A stretch of 64,000 nucleotides of DNA, taken from NCBI GenBank assembly GCA_003327455.1, contig QOQU01000008.1, positions 68,661-132,660 of the forward strand, given 5' to 3'. How positions within the stretch are numbered: position 1 is the first letter of the stretch; the number at the start of each line of letters is the position of its first letter. Below the pieces are notes generated by a model that had not been told where the DNA came from, searched no databases, and saw only the letters and a list, made by a program, of their open reading frames with translations. This DNA is from Anaerolineae bacterium (GTDB taxonomy: Bacteria > Chloroflexota > Anaerolineae > Anaerolineales > UBA4823). Shown here piece after piece: positions 10,998-18,951 of this stretch. The position numbers and the translations under genes are program-made.

Positions 10998-12440
10998 CTA
11001 CTTACTCTGGAGATATTGATGGATGCCCGCCGCAGCTTTCCGTCCGGCGACCATGGCGGTTACGACCAGATCGGGGCCGGTGACATCATCGCCGCCGGCG
11101 AAGACGCCGGGTCGCGTGGTAGCGCCGGTCTCTTTATCCACAACGATCAAGCCCCAATTATGGGTCTCCAAACCGGGTGTGGTTTCTCCGATGATCGGAT
11201 CGGGCCAGTAGCCAAGGGCAAGAATAGCTGTATCTGCTTCAACAATGAAGTTACTTCCTTCGATTGGCACCGGTTTACGGCGTCCTTTGGCATCCGGTTC
11301 GCCGAGTTGCATGCGGATGCATTCAATTTGAGCAAGGCGGCCATCTGGCCCGGCTATGAAGCGCACCGGCTGAGTCAAGAAATGGTAAACCGCGCCTTCC
11401 TCTTTAGCTAACTCTCGGTCGTGGCGTCCGCCGGGCATTTCGCGTTCGGTACGGCGGTAGAGGCAAAAGACCTCTTCGGCTCCCATGCGCAAGGCTGTGC
11501 GCAGACAATCCGAAGCAGTGTCGCCACCACCGATCACAGCCACTTTGCGCCCAATGGTTGGTCGTTCGCGCATGTGCTCCGGAAGGTACTCTAAATCCAC
11601 ATTGGCTCGCGCCAGGAACTCGGTGGCTTTATAAACCCCCGGTAAATCTTCGCCTGGCACCTCCATTGGGGCATCGATCTGGGTGCCAACGCCGATGAAA
11701 ACCGCATCGAAACCTTCGGCAAATAGATCGTCAATCGTTTTGTCTTTTCCAATATAGGTGTTCCCAACGAATTTAACCCCAGCCCGTTCATAATCGCTCC
11801 AACGAGCAAAGACAAGCTCTTTGGAGAGTTTGAAATTGGGAATACCATAAACCAGCAAGCCGCCCGGCGCAGGGTTCTTATCAAAGATGGTGACCGCATG
11901 ACCACGCTGCACCAGTTGTTCAGCACAGGCTAAACCAGCCGGACCCGCTCCCACCACGGCAACTCGTTTGCCAGTCGGTGCGCCAACTGGAATTTCAACC
12001 CCGACCGTCTTCCGTTCATAACAGGCTACAAAGGCTTCCAACGCACCGGTAAGGACAGGTTCGCCATACTTATTCCGCACACAAGAATTCTGGCATAATT
12101 GCTCATGAGGACAGACGCGCCCGCAAATTTCTGGGAAGGAGCTCGTCTGGCGGTATAGTTTTGCCGCTTCAATGAATTGCCCCTGCTCGATCAACCACAT
12201 CGCCGAGGGGATGTCGTTATGGGCCGGGCAGGCGGTCACACAGGCGGCTGGATCCGGGCAATGGACACACCGCGAAGCCTCGAACATGGCTCGTTCGGGG
12301 GTCAAGGGGATTAACACATCATCAAAATCGCAGATCCGCTCTCTCGGATCGCGATGGTCTAACGCTTCAGAGGGGATATGGGCGCGAAACTTCCGATCGA
12401 GCGCCAGGAAATCACTTGGAATAGCTTGCATGATGAACAT
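10998..12440 (-). CDS. NAD(P)H-dependent oxidoreductase of the glutamate synthase small-subunit family (GltD/SudA-like)
   Basis: 480 aa. It has N-terminal Fe-S Cys clusters (CVHCPDPAACVTACP, CGRVCPHEQLCQNSC), then VAVVGAGPAG and VIGGGDTA dinucleotide folds. An alternative start lies at ATG 12431. Confidence 0.8.
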   Translation of the reverse strand: MFIMQAIPSDFLALDRKFRAHIPSEALDHRDPRERICDFDDVLIPLTPERAMFEASRCVHCPDPAACVTACPAHNDIPSAMWLIEQGQFIEAAKLYRQTSSFPEICGRVCPHEQLCQNSCVRNKYGEPVLTGALEAFVACYERKTVGVEIPVGAPTGKRVAVVGAGPAGLACAEQLVQRGHAVTIFDKNPAPGGLLVYGIPNFKLSKELVFARWSDYERAGVKFVGNTYIGKDKTIDDLFAEGFDAVFIGVGTQIDAPMEVPGEDLPGVYKATEFLARANVDLEYLPEHMRERPTIGRKVAVIGGGDTASDCLRTALRMGAEEVFCLYRRTEREMPGGRHDRELAKEEGAVYHFLTQPVRFIAGPDGRLAQIECIRMQLGEPDAKGRRKPVPIEGSNFIVEADTAILALGYWPDPIIGETTPGLETHNWGLIVVDKETGATTRPGVFAGGDDVTGPDLVVTAMVAGRKAAAGIHQYLQSK

Positions 12441-12505
12441 CTCTCCTTTCTACCATTGTTGCTTCGTGATATGATAATAACGATAAAAGAGGTTTAATTT
12501 CAGTC

Positions 12506-14068
12506 ATGGATGTCATAACTTTTCGTGAAACTTGTCACAACACCCATCGCCAGCTAAAACCCTTCTTTAAGACACTTGTCAGAGGGGAATTAAGGTTAAC
12601 AACGGAGGGAGTGCCTCCGCCTGTCTCTACAAGTGTGCCAACCGTTGAGGCCAAATCTCACCGCAAAGCCTCTTTCTCTCTTGATGAACAGGAAGGAACT
12701 TTGAACGTTCGTACATCTCAACCGTTGCCGAAGCCCACACTGGTCATCTGTGGCGCAGGCATTGCCGGGGTTAGTGCAGCCTATTTTCTCTCGCAATTAT
12801 GGAAAGGCGATCTCTTTCTCGTAGACGAGAATCCGCCGCTTTCCTTCACTTCGGATCGTTCTTCGGAATGTTATCGCAACTGGTGGTCTGACACCGCCAT
12901 GCTGGCCCTGATGAACCGCAGCATTGACCTGATGGAAGGCCTTGCCAGGCAAACCCAAAACGCCTTTCACTTAAATAAGCGGGGGTATCTATATCTGACT
13001 GCGCAAAGTCACCGGATAGAGGAAATGATTCGGGAGGCAGAGCAGATCGCCAGCCAGGGGGCAGGGGATTTGCGAATCCATGAAAAGAACAGCAAAACCT
13101 ATCAAGCGGTGGAAACCCATAAATTATATGGAGCGGATCTGCTTCTAGGTAACTCGCTCATTCGGCAACATTTTCCTTATATCACCGAAAACGCAGTAGC
13201 TGCCCTGCATGTGCGCCGCGCAGGCTGGCTTTCTGCCCAGCAATTGGGCATGATTCTTTTGCAAAAAGCCCAACAGAACGGCGTTCGCTTCCGGCGGGCG
13301 CGATTGGTAGATATTGAATTGGTTGCAGGTCGAGTCCGGAAGGTGCGCCTGAATAACGGCGAAACGATTAATTGTGATGTTTTTATCAATGCCGCTGGAC
13401 CCTATCTCAAGGAGGTAGGAAAACTCCTTCAGGTCGACCTCCCCGTCGAGAATGAACTGCACCTGAAGATGAGCCTGCGTGATCATTGGGGAGTCATTGG
13501 ACGCAACGCGCCCTTGCTGATCTGGAGCGACCCTCAGGAATTGGTATGGAGCGAGGACGAGCGTGATTTTCTGTTGGCTGATCCTCAAACTCAAGCGCTG
13601 CTATCGACTTTACCACCCGGCGCGCATGTCCGCCCGGAGGGAGGGGACGAAAGTCAAATGGTGCTCATGTTGTGGGATTATCAGCCGCGCCCGTTTTCAT
13701 CGGTCATCTGGCCGCCTCCAACCGACCCCCTGTTTCCTGAGGTCGTCCTGCGCGGCTTGATGACGATGTTGCCGGGTTTACAGGTTTACCTCGAGAAATT
13801 GCCCCGCCCTCAACTGGACGGAGGTTACTACACGCACACCCCTGAAAACCGACCGCTCATCGGCCCGCTATCGACCGAAGGGGCTTATGTCCTGGGAGCG
13901 CTCTCCGGCTTCGGCATTATGGCAGCCTGCGCCTCGGCTGAGCTTTTAGCTGCCCATATTCTCGACAAGCCCTTGCCCACTTATGGGGCTGAATTCGCTC
14001 CTGAACGCTATCAGAATGCTGGAAACCTCTCCCCCTCCCTGAAAACAGCAACCTTCGGTCAGTTATAG
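12506..14068 (+). CDS. FAD-dependent oxidoreductase (DAO family)
   Basis: LVICGAGIAGVSAAYFL FAD fold about 75 aa into the ORF. The start is uncertain: an in-frame TTG at 12701 preceded by GGAAGGA would remove a non-conserved-looking N-terminal extension. Confidence 0.7.
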   Translation: MDVITFRETCHNTHRQLKPFFKTLVRGELRLTTEGVPPPVSTSVPTVEAKSHRKASFSLDEQEGTLNVRTSQPLPKPTLVICGAGIAGVSAAYFLSQLWKGDLFLVDENPPLSFTSDRSSECYRNWWSDTAMLALMNRSIDLMEGLARQTQNAFHLNKRGYLYLTAQSHRIEEMIREAEQIASQGAGDLRIHEKNSKTYQAVETHKLYGADLLLGNSLIRQHFPYITENAVAALHVRRAGWLSAQQLGMILLQKAQQNGVRFRRARLVDIELVAGRVRKVRLNNGETINCDVFINAAGPYLKEVGKLLQVDLPVENELHLKMSLRDHWGVIGRNAPLLIWSDPQELVWSEDERDFLLADPQTQALLSTLPPGAHVRPEGGDESQMVLMLWDYQPRPFSSVIWPPPTDPLFPEVVLRGLMTMLPGLQVYLEKLPRPQLDGGYYTHTPENRPLIGPLSTEGAYVLGALSGFGIMAACASAELLAAHILDKPLPTYGAEFAPERYQNAGNLSPSLKTATFGQL

Positions 14069-14117
14069 GCTTCAAGAAAAAACATAAAAAAAGGGGTACA
14101 GGAGGAGAATTTAGCAG

Positions 14118-14158
14118 AAAACACCCCGCGCTGGCGCTCTGGCGCGGGGTGTTTCGAC
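14118..14158. terminator. Bidirectional intrinsic terminator between convergent transcription units
   Basis: 11-bp perfect GC-rich stem ACACCCCGCGC (14121-14131) / GCGCGGGGTGT (14142-14152). TTTTCTGCT follows on the - strand and TTTCG on the + strand. Confidence 0.65.
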
Positions 14159-14176
14159 CTCTACAAAAAACCTTCT

Positions 14177-14296
14177 CTATTCTTCCTCAAAGTACTCATC
14201 CAAACTGGGCCCCAGGGATGACCCGGCGCGGGTTTCCAGTTCCATCTCCAGCACAATCGCCGGGGTGTGATATACTTTTTGCTCTTGTTCGTTCAT
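14177..14296 (-). CDS. Unannotated small ORF, 39 aa acidic peptide (MNEQEQKVYHTPAIVLEMELETRAGSSLGPSLDEYFEEE)
   Basis: Hand-translated and below the track cutoff. An AGGAGG SD lies 6 nt upstream of the ATG. The ORF starts 20 nt after the stop of the GEVED gene and is followed within about 25 nt by the terminator hairpin. Confidence 0.45.
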   Translation of the reverse strand: MNEQEQKVYHTPAIVLEMELETRAGSSLGPSLDEYFEEE

Positions 14297-14316
14297 CGGG
14301 TACCTCCTGTATCAAC

Positions 14317-16371
14317 CTATTTCCGCCGCCGACGCCCAACCCATAAGGCACTCAGGCTCAGCACCAGACCAAACGCGGCCAACCCTAATCCACCTGCCGC
14401 CTGTTGAGGTGCAGCGCGCACGTTTCTCAACTCGACGGCTGTCGGTCCGAATTGCCAGTAGTAATCCTCGACTTCACCACCCATCTCCAGTCCGGTCGGT
14501 TCAACCAAAGCTCGATCGCAATGGTAATTCTGTCCATTGAACAAGGCTGGCACCAGTCGGAAGCGGGCAAAGACAGTTGTATTGCCAAAATCAGGCGGTA
14601 AAGTAAAGGTCAGACCATGCGTTCCAACATCTAAGTATTCATTATCAATAACTCGCTCAGAGTAGTTTTGACTGTTGTAACTAAAGCTCTCGGTAAACTG
14701 GTGATCAAAGCCGAAATCCTGGTCGGCAAGATCGAAGTAATCCACCCAGGCAGTCAGACAGGCGGGTTGTCCGCCGCTGACGGTGACGGTGATCGTTCCC
14801 GTGCCGCCACCCCAACTCGTACCCCGCACCACACCGTCTTCGTCGTTCTGATTATGTCCGTCATCACCGGTTGCAGCGTTATGTGGGTTGCCATCGTATT
14901 CATTATCTTTATTTACGCCCAACCGGACATCACAGTCCTGCTCATTAGCTAGGCAGAGAAGAGGCTTGTGCCGGGCGCCATCCTCGGAGAACAGGGTCAT
15001 GCCATAGTCATCGGGCAGGTCGCCGTAATCCATATCGTAGCGCTGGTTACCAAAGATCAATTCGACTTGCTGACCGGGGGCTACCGTTGTCGCCTGCGAA
15101 GGATTGGTAGTTGGAAAGTAATCATCGGGGATCACCTCGGTGACGGTGTAACTCGCGGCCTCAAGTTCATCGAATACCAGAGTTCCGTCTTGCCCCGTAG
15201 TTCCATTGGCGATGGATTGATTATCTTTCACAAGTTCGAATTCCCAGTCCGGCAGGAAGGGTTCACCGTCATCGCGATCGCCATCTCCATTCAGATCTTC
15301 AAATTTCGTGACCTTAATCGAGCCATAGGGAGCGTTGCCAAAGAATAGCTCAGCCCAGCCGCCATAGCTGACCGAGGTGGTCGTTTGTTCGGTAGGCGTG
15401 GTGGGATAATAGCCAGCCTGTGGCGTTTCAACCGCCTTGAACGTTTTACTCTGATTATATGGCACAAAGACCCAGAAGGAGACTTTCCCATTCTCATTGG
15501 TAACGCCACTGGCGATCTGGTTGTTCTGGCTATCATATAATGTGAATGTCCATCCTGGCAGATAGGGTTCTCCCTCATCCTTTTGTCCATCGCCGTCTGA
15601 ATCCTCAAACTTATATACGCAAATCTCGGCCAGTCTTGCGTTGCCGAAGGTCACTGTTTGTGTCTGGTCATAACCCAACACAACCGTTTGCGTGGCGCCA
15701 CCGCTCGTGGTGGGAAGATAACCTGTCTGGACGGTTTCCGTGACCGTGTAGGTGCCACTGACGAGGCTACCAAAGTTAACACTGCCACTTCCACTTGTGC
15801 TGCCACTGGCGACTTGATTGCCATTGCTATCATACACGGTGAAATTCCAGCCGTTCAACCACCCCTCTCCAGTGCCTTTGCTTCCATCACCGTTTTTATC
15901 CTCAAACTTCTTTACCGTGATTTTGGAATACTTGGCGTTGCCAAAGTTTGCCGTCCAGGATTTGGATTGTGTACCACCATTATAGGTCCACTGCTGGCTG
16001 GTAGGAGTTGTGTTGTACCAACCACTTTGCAACGTTTCAGTAAGGGTATATGTGCCAGTTGCACAGGAAGACGTATAAAACGTTTTATTTCCATTACTGT
16101 TTGTGGTTCCACTTGTTGTGGATCCATTTGGATAGGTTAACGTGAAACTCCAATTGTTGAGATTTGGTTCACCAGAATCCTGGTCTCCATCGCCGTTCTT
16201 GTCCTCGAATTTGTGGGCGGTAATCGTTAGATAACAGCCGCCCGTGTTTGTTTCGGCTTGAACCGGACTGACCCACAGCGTTCCAAAGACGAACGCCACG
16301 ACCAGCGCCATTCCCCAGAATCGCCCGACGGGGAGACGCCAAGAGAAATAGTTTTTCTCTCCTACCTTCAT
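14317..16371 (-). CDS. Secreted surface protein: four SdrD B-like (Cna-B/SpaA-type) repeats + GEVED domain + C-terminal TM/basic tail
   Basis: Signal peptide ...LWVSPVQA. A module of about 100 aa starting KFED(K/S/L)(N/D)GDG occurs four times. It is followed by DYGDLPDDYG...GARH...GGEVEDY (GEVED signature) and a tail GPTAVEL...GLGLAAFGLVLSLSALWVGRRRRK. Start set at the second ATG (16371) for better SD spacing. Confidence 0.85.
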   Translation of the reverse strand: MKVGEKNYFSWRLPVGRFWGMALVVAFVFGTLWVSPVQAETNTGGCYLTITAHKFEDKNGDGDQDSGEPNLNNWSFTLTYPNGSTTSGTTNSNGNKTFYTSSCATGTYTLTETLQSGWYNTTPTSQQWTYNGGTQSKSWTANFGNAKYSKITVKKFEDKNGDGSKGTGEGWLNGWNFTVYDSNGNQVASGSTSGSGSVNFGSLVSGTYTVTETVQTGYLPTTSGGATQTVVLGYDQTQTVTFGNARLAEICVYKFEDSDGDGQKDEGEPYLPGWTFTLYDSQNNQIASGVTNENGKVSFWVFVPYNQSKTFKAVETPQAGYYPTTPTEQTTTSVSYGGWAELFFGNAPYGSIKVTKFEDLNGDGDRDDGEPFLPDWEFELVKDNQSIANGTTGQDGTLVFDELEAASYTVTEVIPDDYFPTTNPSQATTVAPGQQVELIFGNQRYDMDYGDLPDDYGMTLFSEDGARHKPLLCLANEQDCDVRLGVNKDNEYDGNPHNAATGDDGHNQNDEDGVVRGTSWGGGTGTITVTVSGGQPACLTAWVDYFDLADQDFGFDHQFTESFSYNSQNYSERVIDNEYLDVGTHGLTFTLPPDFGNTTVFARFRLVPALFNGQNYHCDRALVEPTGLEMGGEVEDYYWQFGPTAVELRNVRAAPQQAAGGLGLAAFGLVLSLSALWVGRRRRK

Positions 16372-16583
16372 CAGCATACCTCCTTCTATAAAATGAAAAG
16401 AATAGGTTGGGGTCTCCTTTTCGGCAGCCAGACGATCTTCGCCCCCTCACAGACTCTTGGCTTTGCGCCCCCGTCTCGCAACGGGTTAGCCCTTTCGATT
16501 ATGGAGAATTAGGATATATTATACCCTTATTAACGCATATTATAGCAGAATGTTACAAAAAAGCAATAGTACTTTTATACCAA

Positions 16584-16605
16584 TTTTTGCCCAATTTGGC
16601 AAAAA
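16584..16605. promoter_or_regulatory. Perfect inverted repeat TTTTTGCC-N6-GGCAAAAA
   Basis: Read directly from the intergenic region between the divergent GEVED gene and ppa. Operator-like symmetry. Confidence 0.3.
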
Positions 16606-16610
16606 TTTAC

Positions 16611-16765
16611 ATGTATCGCCGACCTTCTGGTCGGTCAGACAACAGATACCGGGCAAGCCTGGCGATACAGGATACCTGGCTAGCCTGGCGTTACGTTGTC
16701 AAGTGGTATGTAACGCCGACCTTCCAGTCGGTCACACAACAGACACCAGTCAAGCCTGGCGATAC
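16611..16765 (+). repeat. Two copies of a ~58-bp element (16611-16668, 16708-16765), 97-bp period, each with an internal short hairpin
   Basis: ATGTATCGCCGACCTTCTGGTCGGTCAGACAACAGATACCGGGCAAGCCTGGCGATAC versus ATGTAACGCCGACCTTCCAGTCGGTCACACAACAGACACCAGTCAAGCCTGGCGATAC. A third partial AGCCTGGCGTTAC lies between the copies. Confidence 0.75.
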
Positions 16766-16923
16766 GGAACCGCATCTAAAAGCCTGAACGCAATCCGAAT
16801 AGCACCCCCGAGCAAGAAAGATGGGTTACAATAAAAGAAAGTACGTTATCTCCAGTTCTGCCATCCATCCGTTCTCCTGGCTGAGAACAAAAAATCTCTA
16901 CACTTCACAGGGAGCTTCTTTCT

Positions 16924-17535
16924 ATGGTTTTTCCTTCTCCATTCTATCGCTGGCGACCGCACCCCTGGCATGGGCTCGAGGTCGGACCGCAGCCGCCCAG
17001 ACTGGTTACTGCTTACATCGAGTTGACCCCCTTCGATCTGGTAAAGTACGAAGTGGATAAAACCACCGGTTACCTCAAAGTTGATCGCCCTCAGCACACT
17101 TCTTCTCAACCACCCACTTTATATGGCTTCATTCCCCGCACCTATTGCGGAGCCCGCGTGGGCGCGCTGGCTAGCAAAGCCATCAAAGGCGATGGCGATC
17201 CGCTCGATATCTGCGTCATCAGCGAGCGCCCGATCACCAAATCTGAAGTCATCCTCACCGCCCGCGTGGTTGGTGGGATGTTGATGATCGATAACGGCGA
17301 AGCGGACGACAAAATCCTCGCCGTGCTGGATAAAGATCGCTTTTGGGAAAAAGCACAGGATGTTGCCGATTTACCTTCTGTTCTGGTCGAACGCCTGCGT
17401 CACTACTTCAGCACGTATAAATTGATTCCGGGCAAAGAGTCAGCGGCATATATCGAAAGTATCTATGACGCCGCCCATGCCATGCAGGTCATCGAAGCCG
17501 CCCGTCAGGATTACACCGAGATGTTCGGCGAGTAG
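16924..17535 (+). CDS. ppa: Inorganic pyrophosphatase (family I)
   Basis: 203 aa with [16 protein letters not shown] and DGDPLDICV motifs. Confidence 0.9.
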   Translation: MVFPSPFYRWRPHPWHGLEVGPQPPRLVTAYIELTPFDLVKYEVDKTTGYLKVDRPQHTSSQPPTLYGFIPRTYCGARVGALASKAIKGDGDPLDICVISERPITKSEVILTARVVGGMLMIDNGEADDKILAVLDKDRFWEKAQDVADLPSVLVERLRHYFSTYKLIPGKESAAYIESIYDAAHAMQVIEAARQDYTEMFGE

Positions 17536-17937
17536 CTGGCGGGCTAACCATAATCTTTGAGCTGCAACGAAGCATTCCATCTATCCCCTCCCTGACTTAC
17601 CTGCGTCCCGTTTTGTGCGGTTAGACCAGACTCAGGTTAAATTTGTGGCAGAGGGCAAGTTTCAGGTTAACTTGCAAGAAAATAACCCGGCTTTTCTCTT
17701 TGAGGCGCTTGAATGGATGTTCGTTTCAGCGCAAGTGCTTGATTTTACCAGTTAATAACAAAAGTGTAAGAAAATCTTAACCTAATTTGACAGCATTTGG
17801 GGGATAATTTATTCAATACTTCTTGCCTGGATTGCATTACCGGCAACACAAGTACCTATTCTGGTTGGTTCGTCCCTCTTTACCAGCAGGGTCAGGAACG
17901 GCTTATCGCCAAAGGGGATCACCCCAAGGAGCTTGCG

Positions 17938-18930
17938 ATGAAGTATGGCATATCGGTATTGGTCAAAATTTGTTTGTTCGTGTTCGCCCTCTTGTCCTTG
18001 CTGGCGCAGCCCTCTCTCTCGCTTGCCCAGCCCGCCGCGACCAGTTTTGTTTACCTCCCCCTGATCCTGAGCCCTGGAAGCGGTGCTACTCCAACTCCAC
18101 CTGCCCCTACTCCAACGTATACCCCAACCCCACCGAACCTTTCAACGTACTCCCTGCGTTTTTACGGCAACGGCACCAACGATATCGATCGGGTCAAGAT
18201 TCCAGTTGCAAGCGGAAATACCTCCCTGCCGGTAAATATCGGAGCAACCGATTTCACTATCGAGTTCTGGCTGCGCTTTGCGCCAGGCGAAAACAACAGC
18301 GGCACCTGCACTGAAGGACAGGATACCTGGATCTATGGCAATATCATCATCGACCGCGACATCTTCGGCACCCCCGATTACGGTGACTTTGGCATTTCGC
18401 TTTACGGCAATCGGATCGCCTTTGGTGTACATAACGGGTCGTCCGGTTACACCATCTGCAGCAATATGTCCCTGAACGCCAACACCTGGTACCATGTCGC
18501 GCTAACCAGAGCTAACAGTGGGGATATGCGCATCTACATCAATGGGGTGCTCACCCGCCAATACAACGGGCCGGCTGGAAATATCTCCTACCGGGTTGGG
18601 CGAGCCATCACCGGCAGCTATGTCAATGAACCTTTCCTCGTCATCGGGGCAGAGAAGCACGATTACGATCCAGGGACCTACCCTTCCTTCAGCGGGTGGG
18701 TAGACGAAATACGCATTTCTAAGATTATTCGCTACACTTCTAATTTCACCCTGCCCAACGCACCCTTTAACCCGGATGCAAATACGGTGGGGCTGTATCA
18801 CTTCGACGAGGGAAGCGGCACAACGATTCTGGACTCCAGCGGCGCGGCTGGCGGACCCAGCCACGGCAGCCGTAATTATGGCGGAAGCCCTGCGGGACCG
18901 GTCTATGATTCAAACAACAAGCCGTTCTGA
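17938..18930 (+). CDS. Secreted LamG / concanavalin-A-like lectin domain protein
   Basis: Start moved to the internal ATG ([23 protein letters not shown] signal peptide). FVYLPLIL is followed by a PT-rich linker. The LamG pattern is present (FTIEFWLR...WYHVALTR...MRIYINGVL...[11 protein letters not shown]). Confidence 0.8.
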   Translation: MKYGISVLVKICLFVFALLSLLAQPSLSLAQPAATSFVYLPLILSPGSGATPTPPAPTPTYTPTPPNLSTYSLRFYGNGTNDIDRVKIPVASGNTSLPVNIGATDFTIEFWLRFAPGENNSGTCTEGQDTWIYGNIIIDRDIFGTPDYGDFGISLYGNRIAFGVHNGSSGYTICSNMSLNANTWYHVALTRANSGDMRIYINGVLTRQYNGPAGNISYRVGRAITGSYVNEPFLVIGAEKHDYDPGTYPSFSGWVDEIRISKIIRYTSNFTLPNAPFNPDANTVGLYHFDEGSGTTILDSSGAAGGPSHGSRNYGGSPAGPVYDSNNKPF

Positions 18931-18951
18931 TTGTTTTGAGGAGCATTTGCG

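Noticed and set aside
10899-11411. 170-aa plus-strand ORF
   Set aside because: It lies antisense to the C-terminal FAD/NAD domain of the GltD-like gene, which has unambiguous motifs on the minus strand.
12506-12700. N-terminal 65 residues of the DAO-type oxidoreductase as a distinct domain or signal
   Set aside because: The sequence has no signal-peptide or domain character. It is probably either a poorly conserved extension or upstream of the true TTG start at 12701. This cannot be decided without homologue alignment.
14177-14296. Calling the 39-aa ORF a lasso-peptide precursor
   Set aside because: The YxxP(x)I and Thr elements are suggestive. However, Thr at -2 would give core AGSSLGPSLDE, whose first acidic residue is at position 10, outside the usual 7-9 ring. 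No lasso cyclase, B1/B2 protease or RRE gene is nearby. I kept it only as an unannotated sORF with a speculative note.
16611-16765. Possible mini-CRISPR array
   Set aside because: There are only two full copies. The repeats are about 58 bp, too long for CRISPR, and only about 85 percent identical. A partial repeat occupies the would-be spacer, and no cas genes are in the window.
16407-16834. Track ORFs 16407..16787 and 16550..16834 in the GEVED/ppa intergenic region
   Set aside because: Their sequences are translations of the 58-bp direct repeats (the same peptide words occur twice). There is no SD. I treat the region as noncoding repeat.
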